Positions 39,401-49,420 of a stretch of DNA of 57,228 nucleotides are shown here, in pieces. The stretch's first letter is position 1, and each line of letters starts with the position of its first letter. The translations under genes were made by a program, and so were the position numbers. The stretch lies in sequence record MK524177.1. One strand, 5' to 3'. A model generated the notes under the pieces. It made no database searches and was not told where the DNA came from. It saw only the letters and a list, made by a program, of their open reading frames with translations. The stretch is from Escherichia phage PHB10.

Positions 39401-39592
39401 CACTGGATCGCTATCATCGAGGCGTCAACCGAACTGCTGGAGCTGGGCATGCTCGAGTATCGCAAAACGATGCGCGCCATCGCCACAGGCTTCGATACTG
39501 GCGAATGGCCAGCGCCGATCACTACCGATTACACCGATGAACTGAACGACTTCGACCTGCGCCGCCTCGAAGCGCTGCGCGCTCAGGCTTAA
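36419..39592 (+). CDS. RecE-like exonuclease VIII (PD-(D/E)XK nuclease C-terminal domain with long acidic N-terminal region)
   Basis: 1057 aa; C-terminal VRPDLEI...ADLKT nuclease-like motifs; immediately followed by the annealing-protein gene. Confidence 0.7.
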   Translation: MEFFYVVKATQKSGKEDAVIWFTAKSEARANLQLDVELEDAGIETGRGKDYSKPVRTDFPVYNDLPEESTVDYIWCKRYELQDDGRTWLPKAGAESTGDMDSSAAPETTVNVETTVESVPLENRTPAVRFAVHLTSDKYQSHITKEQQLAASEMSLDEGNTYLQNLLLAKNDTPEVAELSLNAEWKLVQVIKQVFALDEEHEVKLLAAFMADWLRVDAGARNEVVREWKNGKLTLLKSERTSDAGVETDQHIAIDDGIQIGEHDDENTRYPVCRMPFRKQLLSQFTADELRHHLTREEYEGISALEMDTDNSYVQNLLLAAENCEEVKGYDTKDLWRYTDAIRKVFSQEKRHELALVLRFTRIWAATDYIDRGTLVREWVEGNRISEVGSPAPLEPEKPETTESYKRAVAQNMANLSIEIAIAQLYPDAVPGQINRTQLLAAKELADKKDESHAKALKVLSKTTDILDYDANSIFGVTRAISWSGEESTTKLRSQVREWFTANGIYESGERSKGYPEWNEDSREVRHSTVEEPSTPSQTKVASLGSGVFSIDGLMDGNTEPVINTNSNEVEKTEKTAETTSDVQMETAKPEKDEDVGSVPPSESTDAANSQTDSVTLEEQQAEPVIEYPAYFEPGRYEGLPNDVYHAANGISSTQVKDARVSLMYFNARHVAKTIPRTASKVLDMGNLVHALALQPENLDAEFSVEPEIPDGAFTTTATLREFIDEYNASLPALLSADEIKALLEEHNASLTAPVPLGASLEETAQSYMALPAEYQRIEEGQKQTATAMKACIKEYNATLPVPVKTSGSRDALFEQLAIINPDLVAQEAQKPTPLKVSGSKADMIQAVKSVKPDAIFADELLDAWRDNPGEKILVTRQQLATARAIQSALLAHPTAGMLLTHPSRAVEVSYFGFDDETGLEVRVRPDLEIELDGVRIGADLKTISMWNVKQESLRARLHREIIDRDYHLSAAMYCETAALDQFFWIFVNKDENYHWIAIIEASTELLELGMLEYRKTMRAIATGFDTGEWPAPITTDYTDELNDFDLRRLEALRAQA

Positions 39593-39601
39593 GGGGGATT
39601 T

Positions 39602-40687
39602 ATGCATAACACTAACGTTACCGTTGCTGACCAGAACACCGTTATTAACTCCAACGTGGCTTTGTTCGATTCCCAGTATCTGAACGCCATCAGCACGTTC
39701 GCGCAGATTATGGCCCAGGGCACCGCTACTGTTCCTAAGCACCTGCAGGGCAATCAGGCCGACTGCATGGCTGTAGCGATGCAAGCGGCACAGTGGCAGA
39801 TGAATCCCTTTGCCGTGGCGCAGAAGACGCACCTGATTAACGGTGTGCTCGGGTATGAAGCGCAGCTGGTTAATGCCGTCATTTCTCGAAGCGGCGTGCT
39901 GGCAAGTCGCTTTGAATATGAATGGTACGGGCCATGGGAAAAGGTTGTTGGAAAATTCCACATCCGTAAAGGCGACAAAGGCGAGTACCGCGTCCCGGGT
40001 TGGAACCTGGCTGACGAAGCCGGGATCGGCATCATTATCCGCGCAACGTTGAAAGGTGAAGATCAGCCGAGAGAACTTGATTTACTGCTGGCTCAGGCCC
40101 GTACTCGAAACTCTACCCTCTGGGCTGACGACCCTCGCCAGCAGCTGGCGTACCTGGCCGTCAAACGCTGGGCGAGACTGTTCTGCCCGGATGTGATTCT
40201 GGGCGTGTACACTCCTGATGAGCTCGATGATCGTCATGAAGAACGAGAGGTAAATCCCGCACCGGCGCAGCACGTTAGCCTTGCTGATATTTCAGGTGAC
40301 GATGTCACTACTACTCAACCGGCTCAGGAATCAGCTCAAAATATCGATGCACTTGCTGATGATTTCCGTGATCGCATCGAGGCGGCTCAGGATGTGGATA
40401 GTGCTAAAGCTCTGCGCGCAGATATTGAAACAGTCAAAGTAACGCTGGGTTCTGCCCTGTTCACTGAACTGAAGAACAAAGCTGTGAAGCGTTATTACCT
40501 GGTGGACGCACGCAACAAGGTTGAGGCCGCTATTAACTCCCTGCCACAGCCCGACGAGCCGAATGCCGCCGAACGGTTCGCGGAAGCCGAGCGCGTGCTG
40601 GCATCTTCAAAGCGTCACCTGGGCGACGAGCTGCACGATCAGTTCAGCATCACCCTAGCGGATATGAAACCGGAATACGTGGACTAA
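39602..40687 (+). CDS. ssDNA annealing protein (RecT/Bet-type partner of the exonuclease)
   Basis: 361 aa ORF 10 nt downstream of the RecE-like gene; family call from context. Confidence 0.6.
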   Translation: MHNTNVTVADQNTVINSNVALFDSQYLNAISTFAQIMAQGTATVPKHLQGNQADCMAVAMQAAQWQMNPFAVAQKTHLINGVLGYEAQLVNAVISRSGVLASRFEYEWYGPWEKVVGKFHIRKGDKGEYRVPGWNLADEAGIGIIIRATLKGEDQPRELDLLLAQARTRNSTLWADDPRQQLAYLAVKRWARLFCPDVILGVYTPDELDDRHEEREVNPAPAQHVSLADISGDDVTTTQPAQESAQNIDALADDFRDRIEAAQDVDSAKALRADIETVKVTLGSALFTELKNKAVKRYYLVDARNKVEAAINSLPQPDEPNAAERFAEAERVLASSKRHLGDELHDQFSITLADMKPEYVD

Positions 40688-40725
40688 CGAGATCGGGAGG
40701 GGAAACCCTCCCACAAGGAGAAGAA

Positions 40726-40968
40726 ATGCGACTGATTAATCGAGGCAGTAAGCAATCCCCTTTGGCTCGCCAGGCATGTGAAATCGCACTCGCAGCCCAC
40801 CAGCAAAGATACGGCGACTATGGGCGCAGCAAGATGAAAGAGACCTATACGGTGAGAGTGGATGGCGTGAAGGTCTGGGTTGAAGTGGTCAACTGCAAGG
40901 CAAGCTACGTGGCCACAGCAATGACCGGCATGCGCCGACTGCGTTCCCTGCCCGGCCTGGCAAACTGA
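40726..40968 (+). CDS. hypothetical small protein
   Basis: 80 aa ORF between the recombination genes and xis. Confidence 0.35.
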   Translation: MRLINRGSKQSPLARQACEIALAAHQQRYGDYGRSKMKETYTVRVDGVKVWVEVVNCKASYVATAMTGMRRLRSLPGLAN

Positions 40969-41032
40969 AACTGAAATATCAACGACTACAGACCGGCATA
41001 TTTATACTCATGCCGGTTACCTGAGGTGAACC

Positions 41033-41245
41033 ATGTCGCAGGTAATATTTAACGAAGAATGGGTTGTTGGCGCAAGGCTCACAGAAAAAACAGGCCTGAC
41101 CGAACGACAGATTGAGAAGTATCGCCAGGGCTGTTGGGTGGAAGGTGTCCATTTTAAACGGGTTTCTCCTTCCGGAGAAAAAACCTTGCGTGGCACAACC
41201 TGGTACAACTATCCGAGAATTAATCAGTTAATAAGGGATGCGTAA
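41033..41245 (+). CDS. xis: excisionase
   Basis: 70 aa basic protein immediately upstream of and overlapping int. Confidence 0.7.
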   Translation: MSQVIFNEEWVVGARLTEKTGLTERQIEKYRQGCWVEGVHFKRVSPSGEKTLRGTTWYNYPRINQLIRDA

Positions 41246-42485
41246 GATGGCAGCTATGCCTACAGGTGTCGAAATCAGAAACAATAAGATTTGTATCTGG
41301 TTTATGTACCGGGGAAAGCGTTGCCGCGAAATTCTCAAAGGTTGGATTAACACTCCGGCGAACATCAAAAAAGCCGGAAATCTTCGGGCTGTGATCGTTA
41401 GTGAGATCAACCTTGGAGAGTTTGATTACCACCAGCGCTTTCCTTCATCGTCCAGAGCAAAAAAAACCGTAACCACTGTTTCAGTTCAAACCTTTTCAGA
41501 GCTGTGTGAACTGTGGACGAGCATTAAAGAAACCGAAATTAGCGCGAATACCATGCGTAAGACGCGCTCACAACTCGGTACGTTAATGCACATCATTAAC
41601 GGAGATACGCCTGTTTCAACTATACGCCACAGCGACATTCTGAAATACAGGAAGGAGCTGTTGAACGGTGAGACACTTTACCTGGCAAATCCCAGAAGTA
41701 ACAAACAGGGACGCACTGTGCGTACCGTGAACAACTATATATCGCTTCTGTGCTCCCTTCTTCGGTTTGCACACAAATCTGGCTTTATCAGTGGCAAACC
41801 ATTTGAAGGGATCAAGAAACTACACAAAGGGAAAGTAAAACCGGATCCTTTAACGAAGCAGGAGTTTAGTTTGCTTGCGGCATCCGAGCGTGGCCAAAGC
41901 CTCAATATGTGGACGTTCGCAGTTTATACTGGTGTCCGTCATGGAGAGCTTGCAGCTCTTGCCTGGGAAGATATCGACTGGGAAAAAGGTACGGCTCATA
42001 TACAGCGCAACCTTAATGCGCTAGGAATGTTCGTCCCACCAAAAACCGATGCAGGTGATCGAGTTATCACGCTATTAGAGCCGGCACTTGAAGCCTTGAA
42101 AGCACAGCGCAAGCTAACAGCGCTGCAGCCTAAAACCGAAATTGTCTTTAATCATCGCGAGTATGGCGCAGTGGAACATCAAAGCCTGCGATTCGTTTTC
42201 ATACCCCGGATGCGCAAAGGAGAACAGAAAGCCTACTACTCTTTATCGAGCATCGGTGCGAGATTCAACGCAGCTGTAAATCGTGCTGGTATTCGCCGCC
42301 GGAATCCGTACCATACGCGGCATACTTTTGCCTGCTGGCTTTTATCTGCCGGCGCTAACCCGTCTTTCATAGCCAGCCAGATGGGGCATGAAAACGCGCA
42401 AATGGTTTATGAAGTCTACGGTGCGTGGATTGAAGAAATGAATGGCGAACAGGTGCTGATGCTTAACGATAAGCTGGCACGCTGA
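41238..42485 (+). CDS. int: tyrosine integrase (lambda-type with N-terminal arm-binding domain)
   Basis: C-terminal catalytic motifs (R...[28 protein letters not shown]...Y); 415 aa; adjacent to the repeat-flanked att region. Confidence 0.9.
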   Translation: MRKMAAMPTGVEIRNNKICIWFMYRGKRCREILKGWINTPANIKKAGNLRAVIVSEINLGEFDYHQRFPSSSRAKKTVTTVSVQTFSELCELWTSIKETEISANTMRKTRSQLGTLMHIINGDTPVSTIRHSDILKYRKELLNGETLYLANPRSNKQGRTVRTVNNYISLLCSLLRFAHKSGFISGKPFEGIKKLHKGKVKPDPLTKQEFSLLAASERGQSLNMWTFAVYTGVRHGELAALAWEDIDWEKGTAHIQRNLNALGMFVPPKTDAGDRVITLLEPALEALKAQRKLTALQPKTEIVFNHREYGAVEHQSLRFVFIPRMRKGEQKAYYSLSSIGARFNAAVNRAGIRRRNPYHTRHTFACWLLSAGANPSFIASQMGHENAQMVYEVYGAWIEEMNGEQVLMLNDKLAR

Positions 42486-42493
42486 AAAATTTT

Positions 42494-42740
42494 TGCCCCT
42501 ATTATGCCCCTATTGGCTCCGAAGGTAGTAATAAATGCAAGAAAATCAACAAAATACAAAGAAAGAGCAATACAACCTGAATAAGCTACGCTGATTTTGC
42601 CAACTCATTGATATCATTTGTTTTTCATTTAAATCAATTAGTTATAGCATAATAGTTTCTCCCTAAAGCTACCCAGAACTACAATTTTAGTGCCCTTTTT
42701 TTGCCCCTATTTCGCATTTTTGCCCCTAAATTTGCCCCTA
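42494..42740. repeat. attP-like attachment region: five direct TTTGCCCCTATT arm-type repeats flanking an AT-rich core
   Basis: Perfect TGCCCCTA at 42494, 42505, 42702, 42721, 42733 (degenerate copies at 42691, 42772); AT-rich 42513-42690 between clusters; starts 6 nt after the int stop. Confidence 0.5.
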
Positions 42741-42811
42741 TCTTTAGCCAGTGCGCCACCCTTATTCTCCCTGCCCTATACTTTAAGTCTGACATCTGGT
42801 TCGAGGTTTCT

Positions 42812-43486
42812 ATGTGTGGACGCTTTGCACAAGCTCAAACGCGTGAAGAATATCTGGCTTACCTGGCCGATGAAGCCGATCGCGACATCGCATACGACCC
42901 TGAACCTATTGGACGTTACAACGTGGCGCCAGGTACCAAAGTTCTGTTGCTGAGCGAACGTGACGAGCAGTTGCATCTCGATCCGGTCCTGTGGTCTTAC
43001 GCGCCCGGGTGGTGGGATAAAGCACCATTGATAAACGCGCGTGTCGAGACAGCGGCCACCAGCAGGATGTTCAAACCTCTCTGGCAGCATGGCCGGGCAA
43101 TCTGCTTTGCTGATGGATGGTTCGAGTGGAAGAAGGAAGGCGACAAGAAGCAGCCATATTTTATTCACCGGGCAGACGGTCAGCCGATATTTATGGCCGC
43201 GATCGGCAGCATACCGTTTGAGCGAGGCGATGAAGCAGAAGGTTTTCTGATAGTAACGTCTGCCGCTGACAAAGGCCTAGTGGATATTCACGACCGCCGG
43301 CCCCTGGTCCTATCACCAGAAGCGGCCCGGGAATGGATGCGCCAGCATGTTGGAGGAAAAGAAGCGGAAGAGATTGTATCTGACGGCTCTGTACCAGCTG
43401 AGATGTTTGTCTGGCATGCTGTGTCCCGTGAAGTAGGAAATGTAAAAAATCAGGGGAGAAAATTGATAGAACAAATAGATATATAA
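42812..43486 (+). CDS. SOS response-associated peptidase (SRAP / YedK-like abasic-site processing protein)
   Basis: Starts MCGRF (catalytic Cys2 hallmark); about 225 aa. Confidence 0.85.
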   Translation: MCGRFAQAQTREEYLAYLADEADRDIAYDPEPIGRYNVAPGTKVLLLSERDEQLHLDPVLWSYAPGWWDKAPLINARVETAATSRMFKPLWQHGRAICFADGWFEWKKEGDKKQPYFIHRADGQPIFMAAIGSIPFERGDEAEGFLIVTSAADKGLVDIHDRRPLVLSPEAAREWMRQHVGGKEAEEIVSDGSVPAEMFVWHAVSREVGNVKNQGRKLIEQIDI

Positions 43487-43537
43487 TCTGATGTACTTTT
43501 GATGTGTACTTTATATTTGGTTTAATATTATCTCCCT

Positions 43538-43738
43538 TTAAGAAAGAAATATATTTGCAGCCATCGGACCACTAACCCCATTTATACGATAAAATTCAAC
43601 ACGAACGCCAGGTTTTAACGTTTGGCTTTCATTATTACTAAATGCGGAAATATGTAAAAAAACATCTTTCCTGCCATCTGATGGGATAATCAATCCCTTT
43701 CCGCTCTTGAAGTCAAAACTTTTGACAATTCCTGTCAT
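43538..43738 (-). CDS. cold-shock-domain protein (CspA family)
   Basis: [33 protein letters not shown]... RNP-like motifs. Confidence 0.8.
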   Translation of the reverse strand: MTGIVKSFDFKSGKGLIIPSDGRKDVFLHISAFSNNESQTLKPGVRVEFYRINGVSGPMAANIFLS

Positions 43739-44037
43739 TTTACGAGACAAATATTTTCCTAATGGCAATCCAGATTTGACTATACAGGATTGGTTAATAA
43801 TAGCCAAACCTATTTTATTGGCCTTCCGGAAGGCTAAAATAAAATTTGCTTAATCTTTCAGCACGTGCCTTAATGGTTTGGCTGATTCATTGCGATGATG
43901 AATCTAACTTTTCCAAAAGCCGTTCTCATAACTAGGTGTTATCTCTGATATCCCTCCTTTTGAGTCCATACATATACCAGCATACGTTTCTTATCATGAG
44001 CTTGCTTGTCAGTTTGAAATGTTCAAACGGAGTTTGT

Positions 44038-44256
44038 ATGTCATCTAAAATCATAGGTCTTGTTAAGTGGTTTAACGAAGATAAGGGGTTTGGCTTTATC
44101 TCCCCACTTGATGGAAGTAAAGATGTTCTTGTTCACACTTCTTCCCTGCGGGGAGAAACATTTAATACTCTTTTTGAAGGACAAAAAGTCAAATTCGCTA
44201 TCATAGCTGGAACTAAAGGTCCAATCGCTGCCAATGTAACACTTTGCGATAGATAA
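44038..44256 (+). CDS. cold-shock-domain protein (CspA family)
   Basis: [35 protein letters not shown]; start 44038 with GGAG SD. Confidence 0.85.
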   Translation: MSSKIIGLVKWFNEDKGFGFISPLDGSKDVLVHTSSLRGETFNTLFEGQKVKFAIIAGTKGPIAANVTLCDR

Positions 44257-44497
44257 TTTTAGATGGTTTACTTAAGCCAGCATGACTTTATCAGTGAAAG
44301 GTGATGTTCGGTTACTCACATCATTACAACAGGCCAGCATATTTACTTACCATCAAGTTTGCTGACCGATGTGATGAAATGCAGGACTGCTGCATGAACA
44401 GTCTCAAAGCAGAAGCTAACTGCTTATAAAATACTAAAGTGCGTAAGAGGTTAGGCAGCCTCCAAAAGCATCACTTCTTATTTTTTAATAATTTTTT

Positions 44498-44662
44498 TTA
44501 GAAGCGCTGGGAAGATTTGAACAAAGCACAGCAGTATGGGCACACCAACTGAGCCCCCTTTTGTACACGATTGTAACTATGTTCGGAATCTTTTGAGCAG
44601 TTTGGACAAGGACATTTTACCAAATAATTTCGGCGGAATTGAGTATTTTTACGTGCAGACAT
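44498..44662 (-). CDS. small Cys-rich zinc-ribbon protein
   Basis: 54 aa from MSARKN with CPCPNC...CPYCC; GGAGAAG SD. Confidence 0.4.
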   Translation of the reverse strand: MSARKNTQFRRNYLVKCPCPNCSKDSEHSYNRVQKGAQLVCPYCCALFKSSQRF

Positions 44663-44810
44663 AGACTTCTCCAGTTCAAATGGACCGTTACAGTACACGT
44701 TAAGACTGTATAATGCTTGTTTTAATTTCGAAAGAGGCAAAAAAAATGAACAAACAGAACTCTTTCGACCACCTGCAGGGGCTAGAAACCCTCAAAATAC
44801 ATGGTGATAT

Positions 44811-45038
44811 ATGAAAAAAGTAATCATTTTTTTTAATGGTAAGCCAAGTAAAGTTATCACTGTGCTTAAAGGTGTGACATCAATACTCGAAGAATATCCT
44901 AATGGAGAAGTGATAAACCTTCAGATAATGTCAGCAGGTTTTCCCTCTTTAACAGGTGACCATGAAGTGGTTTATGTGGCATCAGATCGAGAGCTTACCT
45001 CTCAGGAAATATTAGATGCGGCGCAGAAGTATCTTTGA
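44811..45038 (+). CDS. hypothetical protein (self-contained AT-rich moron)
   Basis: 75 aa ORF with its own terminator. Confidence 0.4.
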   Translation: MKKVIIFFNGKPSKVITVLKGVTSILEEYPNGEVINLQIMSAGFPSLTGDHEVVYVASDRELTSQEILDAAQKYL

Positions 45039-45099
45039 CGCCTGAGATTCAACGCCAACATTCATAAAATCATTATTATAACTACGTTTAATTATTATG

Positions 45100-45124
45100 G
45101 CCTGCTTAATGCAGGCTTTTTTTT
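45100..45124 (+). terminator. intrinsic terminator
   Basis: gcctgc-ttaat-gcaggc followed by T8. Confidence 0.65.
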
Positions 45125-45211
45125 ACCCCCACACAAACAATTATAATTAAGACAAGTGCATCCAACATCATGGCAATATGACTTTATTGCTGAAGCAACC
45201 ATAAGGCTTCC

Positions 45212-45550
45212 ATGAAAATCCTACAATACACAGTATTAATAGTTATTGAAGCACGATCCTCAGATAATAATATCAACCCTCTTCTCTTGGGTCTCTTGCA
45301 TGACAGAAACTATTCAAGTAAGTCAAACCGAGGCGTTAAACTTCCATCCCATGCATTCATTGGTTCAGAGGGGCAGGCAGTTTTAGAGTGGCAGTCTGAA
45401 AAAGATGGAGCAGAAATACTAAAAAAAAGACTCTACCAGATGCTGCATGGAATTACACGTTTAGAAGAGTTTCCCACAGCAATTTTTCTAATGATTTGCC
45501 CAGAAGAAAAAACCTTAACCTTTGTTTCAAGACTTAAAGAAAAAAAATGA
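45212..45550 (+). CDS. hypothetical protein (AT-rich moron)
   Basis: 112 aa ORF. Confidence 0.4.
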   Translation: MKILQYTVLIVIEARSSDNNINPLLLGLLHDRNYSSKSNRGVKLPSHAFIGSEGQAVLEWQSEKDGAEILKKRLYQMLHGITRLEEFPTAIFLMICPEEKTLTFVSRLKEKK

Positions 45551-45926
45551 ACATCGTTATTTCAGCCTTCACCATCTCAAAATGCTGCGATCGTGAAAAC
45601 TGCGAAAGAAAATCATGAGGCACATCAGTAAATATTGTATCATTTGCTAAGCATTGCTGTTACATTCGGTTTAATGATGAATCCTCCTAAGCGGCAGGGC
45701 TAATTAACCTGATGATTTGTATATCAAGCGGCTCATCGTGAATTTCTGAAGCAGCGAGTCACGAGTGGTTAGGTCAATGACTCACCGGGAGGCACCCGGC
45801 ATCATATCCGTAAGCCCCTGTATAATTGCAGGGGCTTATTTACATTACAAAAGCATAGTCTTAGACATATTACTGTTAATACTCATAGCCGATAATTAGG
45901 CTCGAATGAATAGACCGTTTAAAGAA

Positions 45927-47195
45927 TCATCTAACTTTTATTAGGTCTGAATACCTCGTAGTATATCGTGGAGATAACATATCCCGTTTCATCTGCCACT
46001 GCTGCTGTATGCCCTGCCCGGCAAAGTAAAGCGTTCCTTTTCCATCTTTCGCGTTCAAGTGATCGAGCACCTCCATCAACTTATCGCTTCCTGCGCGTGG
46101 AGCGTTCTCATCGAAAAGGTTCAACTGCGCCACCCCTTGGCTGAAAAAATCTCCCAGCATGATTCCAGCCTTTTGATAGCGATAGCCATCCTTCCAGATT
46201 TTGTCCAGGCACTTTACCGCGGCGTTGATTATGTCGCGGGAATCCTGTGTAGGGGTGAGAAGCTTCATGGACGCGCTGTTACCGTAATATGGCTCGTTAA
46301 GCGCAAAGGGAGAGGTTTTCACGAACGCAGAAATAAAGCGGCAGTACTGATGCTCTCCCCGCAACTTTTCTGCGCCTCGGGCCGCATAACTGCAAATGGC
46401 CTGCCTCATTTGTTCGTAATCAGTGACGCGTTCACCGAATGACCTGCTACAGACGATCTCCTGCTTTGCCGGCGCAAATTCCTCCAGCTCGAGACAGGGC
46501 TCGCCGCGCAGCTCCCGGACAGTTCGCTCCAGGACGACATTAAAGTGTTTGCGGATAATCCACGTGCTTTGTTCAGAAAGGTCCAGAGCTGTTTTGATGC
46601 CCATGGCATTCAGCTTCTTACTGATGCGCCTGCCTACGCCCCATACATCTTCTACTGGCACGATGTCGAGCAATCGGCGCTGGCGGTCGATATTGGATAA
46701 ATCAACTACCCCTCCCGTTTGCCGCTGCCATTTCTTCGCGGCGTGGTTGGCCAGCTTGGCCAGTGTCTTTGTCTGGGCAATTCCAATCCCGACAGTCAGG
46801 TGCGTCCGCTTCAGAACGGTAGCGCGGATTTCTTTGCCGAACTCAGTAAGATCCCGGCAATTGCGAACACCTGTTAGGTCACAAAATGCTTCATCGATAC
46901 TGTAAATTTCTACGCGAGGGCTCAACTCCTCCAGTGTGGTCATTACTCGATTCGACATGTCTGCGTACAGCTCGTAGTTACTGCTGAAGCAAACAACCCC
47001 AGCGCGCCGAAATAAGTCCTTTTGCTTGAAGAAAGGCTCTCCCATTGTAATTCCAGCCGCCTTGGCCTCGGCGCTGCGCGCGATTACGCAGCCGTCATTG
47101 TTCGAAAGAACAACCACTGGCCGCCCTTTCAAATCGGGACGAAACACCGTCTCGCATGATGCGTAGAACGAATTCACGTCGCAGAGCGCAAACAT
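45927..47195 (-). CDS. umuC: translesion DNA polymerase V catalytic subunit UmuC
   Basis: Y-family polymerase N-terminus [15 protein letters not shown]; 422 aa; directly downstream of umuD. Confidence 0.9.
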   Translation of the reverse strand: MFALCDVNSFYASCETVFRPDLKGRPVVVLSNNDGCVIARSAEAKAAGITMGEPFFKQKDLFRRAGVVCFSSNYELYADMSNRVMTTLEELSPRVEIYSIDEAFCDLTGVRNCRDLTEFGKEIRATVLKRTHLTVGIGIAQTKTLAKLANHAAKKWQRQTGGVVDLSNIDRQRRLLDIVPVEDVWGVGRRISKKLNAMGIKTALDLSEQSTWIIRKHFNVVLERTVRELRGEPCLELEEFAPAKQEIVCSRSFGERVTDYEQMRQAICSYAARGAEKLRGEHQYCRFISAFVKTSPFALNEPYYGNSASMKLLTPTQDSRDIINAAVKCLDKIWKDGYRYQKAGIMLGDFFSQGVAQLNLFDENAPRAGSDKLMEVLDHLNAKDGKGTLYFAGQGIQQQWQMKRDMLSPRYTTRYSDLIKVR

Positions 47196-47197
47196 AC

Positions 47198-47617
47198 TCA
47201 GCTCGCCGATTTGACGATGAAAGTAACAACGCCGAAAACGTCCAGCGTATCTTCGCTGCCTACAACAATCGGACTGTAGGCGCTATTCATTGGGATGAGT
47301 TGGACATTTGGACGCAACTGCAAACGCTTAACAGTGAATTCCCCTTCAACCGCGGCGATGACAATGTCACCGTGCTCAGCCGTGCGCGAACTATCCACCA
47401 CCAGCAGATCACCGTCGCTTATCCCGGCTTCGATCATTGAATCCCCCGCGGCTTTGACGAAATATGTAGAGCTCGGGTGAGCGACAAGTAACTCATTGAG
47501 ATCGATACGCTGTTCAACGTAATCAGCTGCGGGGCTTGGGAAACCACACTGTACTAAGTCACTGAAAAGCGGAAGAGCGATAATATCTCGCAGTTCTGTT
47601 GGCCTGATGAATTCCAT
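47198..47617 (-). CDS. umuD: UmuD (LexA-like S24 peptidase, polymerase V accessory subunit)
   Basis: 139 aa from MEFIRP; Ser-Lys dyad context (AAGDSM ... VKRL). Confidence 0.9.
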   Translation of the reverse strand: MEFIRPTELRDIIALPLFSDLVQCGFPSPAADYVEQRIDLNELLVAHPSSTYFVKAAGDSMIEAGISDGDLLVVDSSRTAEHGDIVIAAVEGEFTVKRLQLRPNVQLIPMNSAYSPIVVGSEDTLDVFGVVTFIVKSAS

Positions 47618-47632
47618 TGCACACACCTCAAA

Positions 47633-47652
47633 TACTGTTTTTATATACAGTA
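47633..47652 (-). promoter_or_regulatory. LexA (SOS) box upstream of umuDC
   Basis: TACTGTTTTTATATACAGTA fits CTGT-N8-ACAG, 16 nt upstream of the umuD start. Confidence 0.8.
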
Positions 47653-47858
47653 GTTTTATTTGTAAGTGTCCGCAAGATACAGGCCCTATCGTCACTGCTT
47701 AAAGCTTCGCCGTTTCGTTTCTAAGTTTATCTCTCGTTTCGAATTATCTCTTTTGTAAATTTTTCAATAATGGCGCAGATGTAAGCAGATTTGAGGGAGA
47801 CAAAGCCCGTTAAATGCCAGAACGGGCTGCGACTGAAAGCTAAGTCTTCATGATTCCG

Positions 47859-49406
47859 CTATTTTTGCTTAAGCTCCTGGAGCTCTTTCTGTGTTGCCTC
47901 CAGCTGTTTAATGACGTAGTTCAGTGCCAACACGGTATCAAGCATGATGACGTTGCTATCCAGCGCTAACGTATCGTCAGCATCAACCCTGTTGCCTTCA
48001 CCATCAAATTTCGGTGCTGCAGGGACCAACGTTACGTACTCACTGTCGATCTTCATGACATCCTGAGCGATAACACCTCGGCGAACTCTCTCCAAAGGGT
48101 CATCGTTGTATACGTAAGTTGCTGGCAGGAATTTCTTGATATTCTCGTATGACTGATAACCATCATCGTATTTCACACTATGTTTCAGTTCGATATCACA
48201 GTTTGGTTGTTTAGAGAAAATATAATTGCCCCCAAAACCACCACTGCCTGAAACTGAAATATCCGCGGTAACGGTATTAAACGAGAAAATACGCGTTCCT
48301 GCAGATCCGCTATCACCAATGGTTACAAGTTCAATAGATGGCCAGTTGCTTTTCCCCTGGGAAATAGATCCAAGAGCGGTAACGGCGTGATACCCCCCTG
48401 AGCAATAGGTATGCCACCTGCCAAATGGTACAAATCCACTATCGTTTGGAGTTGATAGGTTTGGGCGTGCAAACGATGTGTTCGTGCTGTAGCCGTTAAC
48501 AATATCTTGGTAACCGCCACCGTACCCCTCACCGGGGCCGATATGACTTTTAGACTGAAACGCACCATAAGGGTACCAGCGGAAATCAGCACCGGAGCTT
48601 ACACCGTCAAAGATGTTCATTTGTACCCGAGCTAAATCAGTTCCCGCGCCGCGTACTGCACCGAGCCGCCAGGTGCCCGAATAATAGTTACCAGAAAGCC
48701 AGTTAACATAATTCTCGGCCGGACCATCGGAGCCAACATTACCTAAAGTAATGGCTTTATTACCCCCACTACCAGTAGCGATACCGACCTCATTACCTGC
48801 GGTTGAGATTATGCTTCCTGTAACAGTACCGCCTAACTTTCCTTCAATGGTGTTAAGACGCGAATCATTCCCGGCCGCCACGGTTCCGGCAGCCGTTCCA
48901 ACGTTTTTGGTGGCGCTGTCTCCCAAATCGAGGTTTTTGCGAGCGTCTGCGGCATTCGTTGCGCCGGTTCCGCCGTCTGCGACAGCAAGCGCACCGTTGC
49001 TCCCTTTCTGTGCCAGTTTACCGATGCCAGGGATGGTTACGGAGGTGCCGTTGATGGTTACGGTGATGCTCTGATTGGCTGAGGTTGTGGCGAACGTATC
49101 CCACGCGCCAATATTCTCGTCATACTCTTTGATGAGCTGCGACATGGCCTGTGCCAGTCCGTCGACAGAGATATTGTCGGACACCAGGATTCCATACTTC
49201 TGGCCGCTCAACGCCGGGGAAGCAGCTGGCGTAACCGTCATTGACGTGGCGCTGTTCACGGATGAAATCTGGAACATCTGAACCGGGTTAGACATGACGA
49301 TAATCGTCTGGCCAGCGCGAACCTGGCTGGCCGGTGCCGTCCAGTTCGTGCCCGTGCCGGTGGCGGTGTTTCCGTTAATGGCGATGGTGCCAGTGTTATA
49401 AAGCAT
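47859..49406 (-). CDS. tail fibre protein with C-terminal intramolecular chaperone-like domain
   Basis: Gly/Thr/Ser-rich repeats; C-terminal region ending in coiled coil LEATQKELQELKQK; start MLYNTG at 49406 with GGAGAA SD. Confidence 0.65.
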   Translation of the reverse strand: MLYNTGTIAINGNTATGTGTNWTAPASQVRAGQTIIVMSNPVQMFQISSVNSATSMTVTPAASPALSGQKYGILVSDNISVDGLAQAMSQLIKEYDENIGAWDTFATTSANQSITVTINGTSVTIPGIGKLAQKGSNGALAVADGGTGATNAADARKNLDLGDSATKNVGTAAGTVAAGNDSRLNTIEGKLGGTVTGSIISTAGNEVGIATGSGGNKAITLGNVGSDGPAENYVNWLSGNYYSGTWRLGAVRGAGTDLARVQMNIFDGVSSGADFRWYPYGAFQSKSHIGPGEGYGGGYQDIVNGYSTNTSFARPNLSTPNDSGFVPFGRWHTYCSGGYHAVTALGSISQGKSNWPSIELVTIGDSGSAGTRIFSFNTVTADISVSGSGGFGGNYIFSKQPNCDIELKHSVKYDDGYQSYENIKKFLPATYVYNDDPLERVRRGVIAQDVMKIDSEYVTLVPAAPKFDGEGNRVDADDTLALDSNVIMLDTVLALNYVIKQLEATQKELQELKQK

Positions 49407-49420
49407 ATTTTCTCCAGGCA

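Noticed and set aside
42494-42740. Possible CRISPR array suggested by the repeated TGCCCCTA motif
   Set aside because: Repeats are only 8-12 bp, irregularly spaced (11, 19, 12 bp and a 190-bp gap), and there are no cas genes; better explained as integrase arm-type sites.
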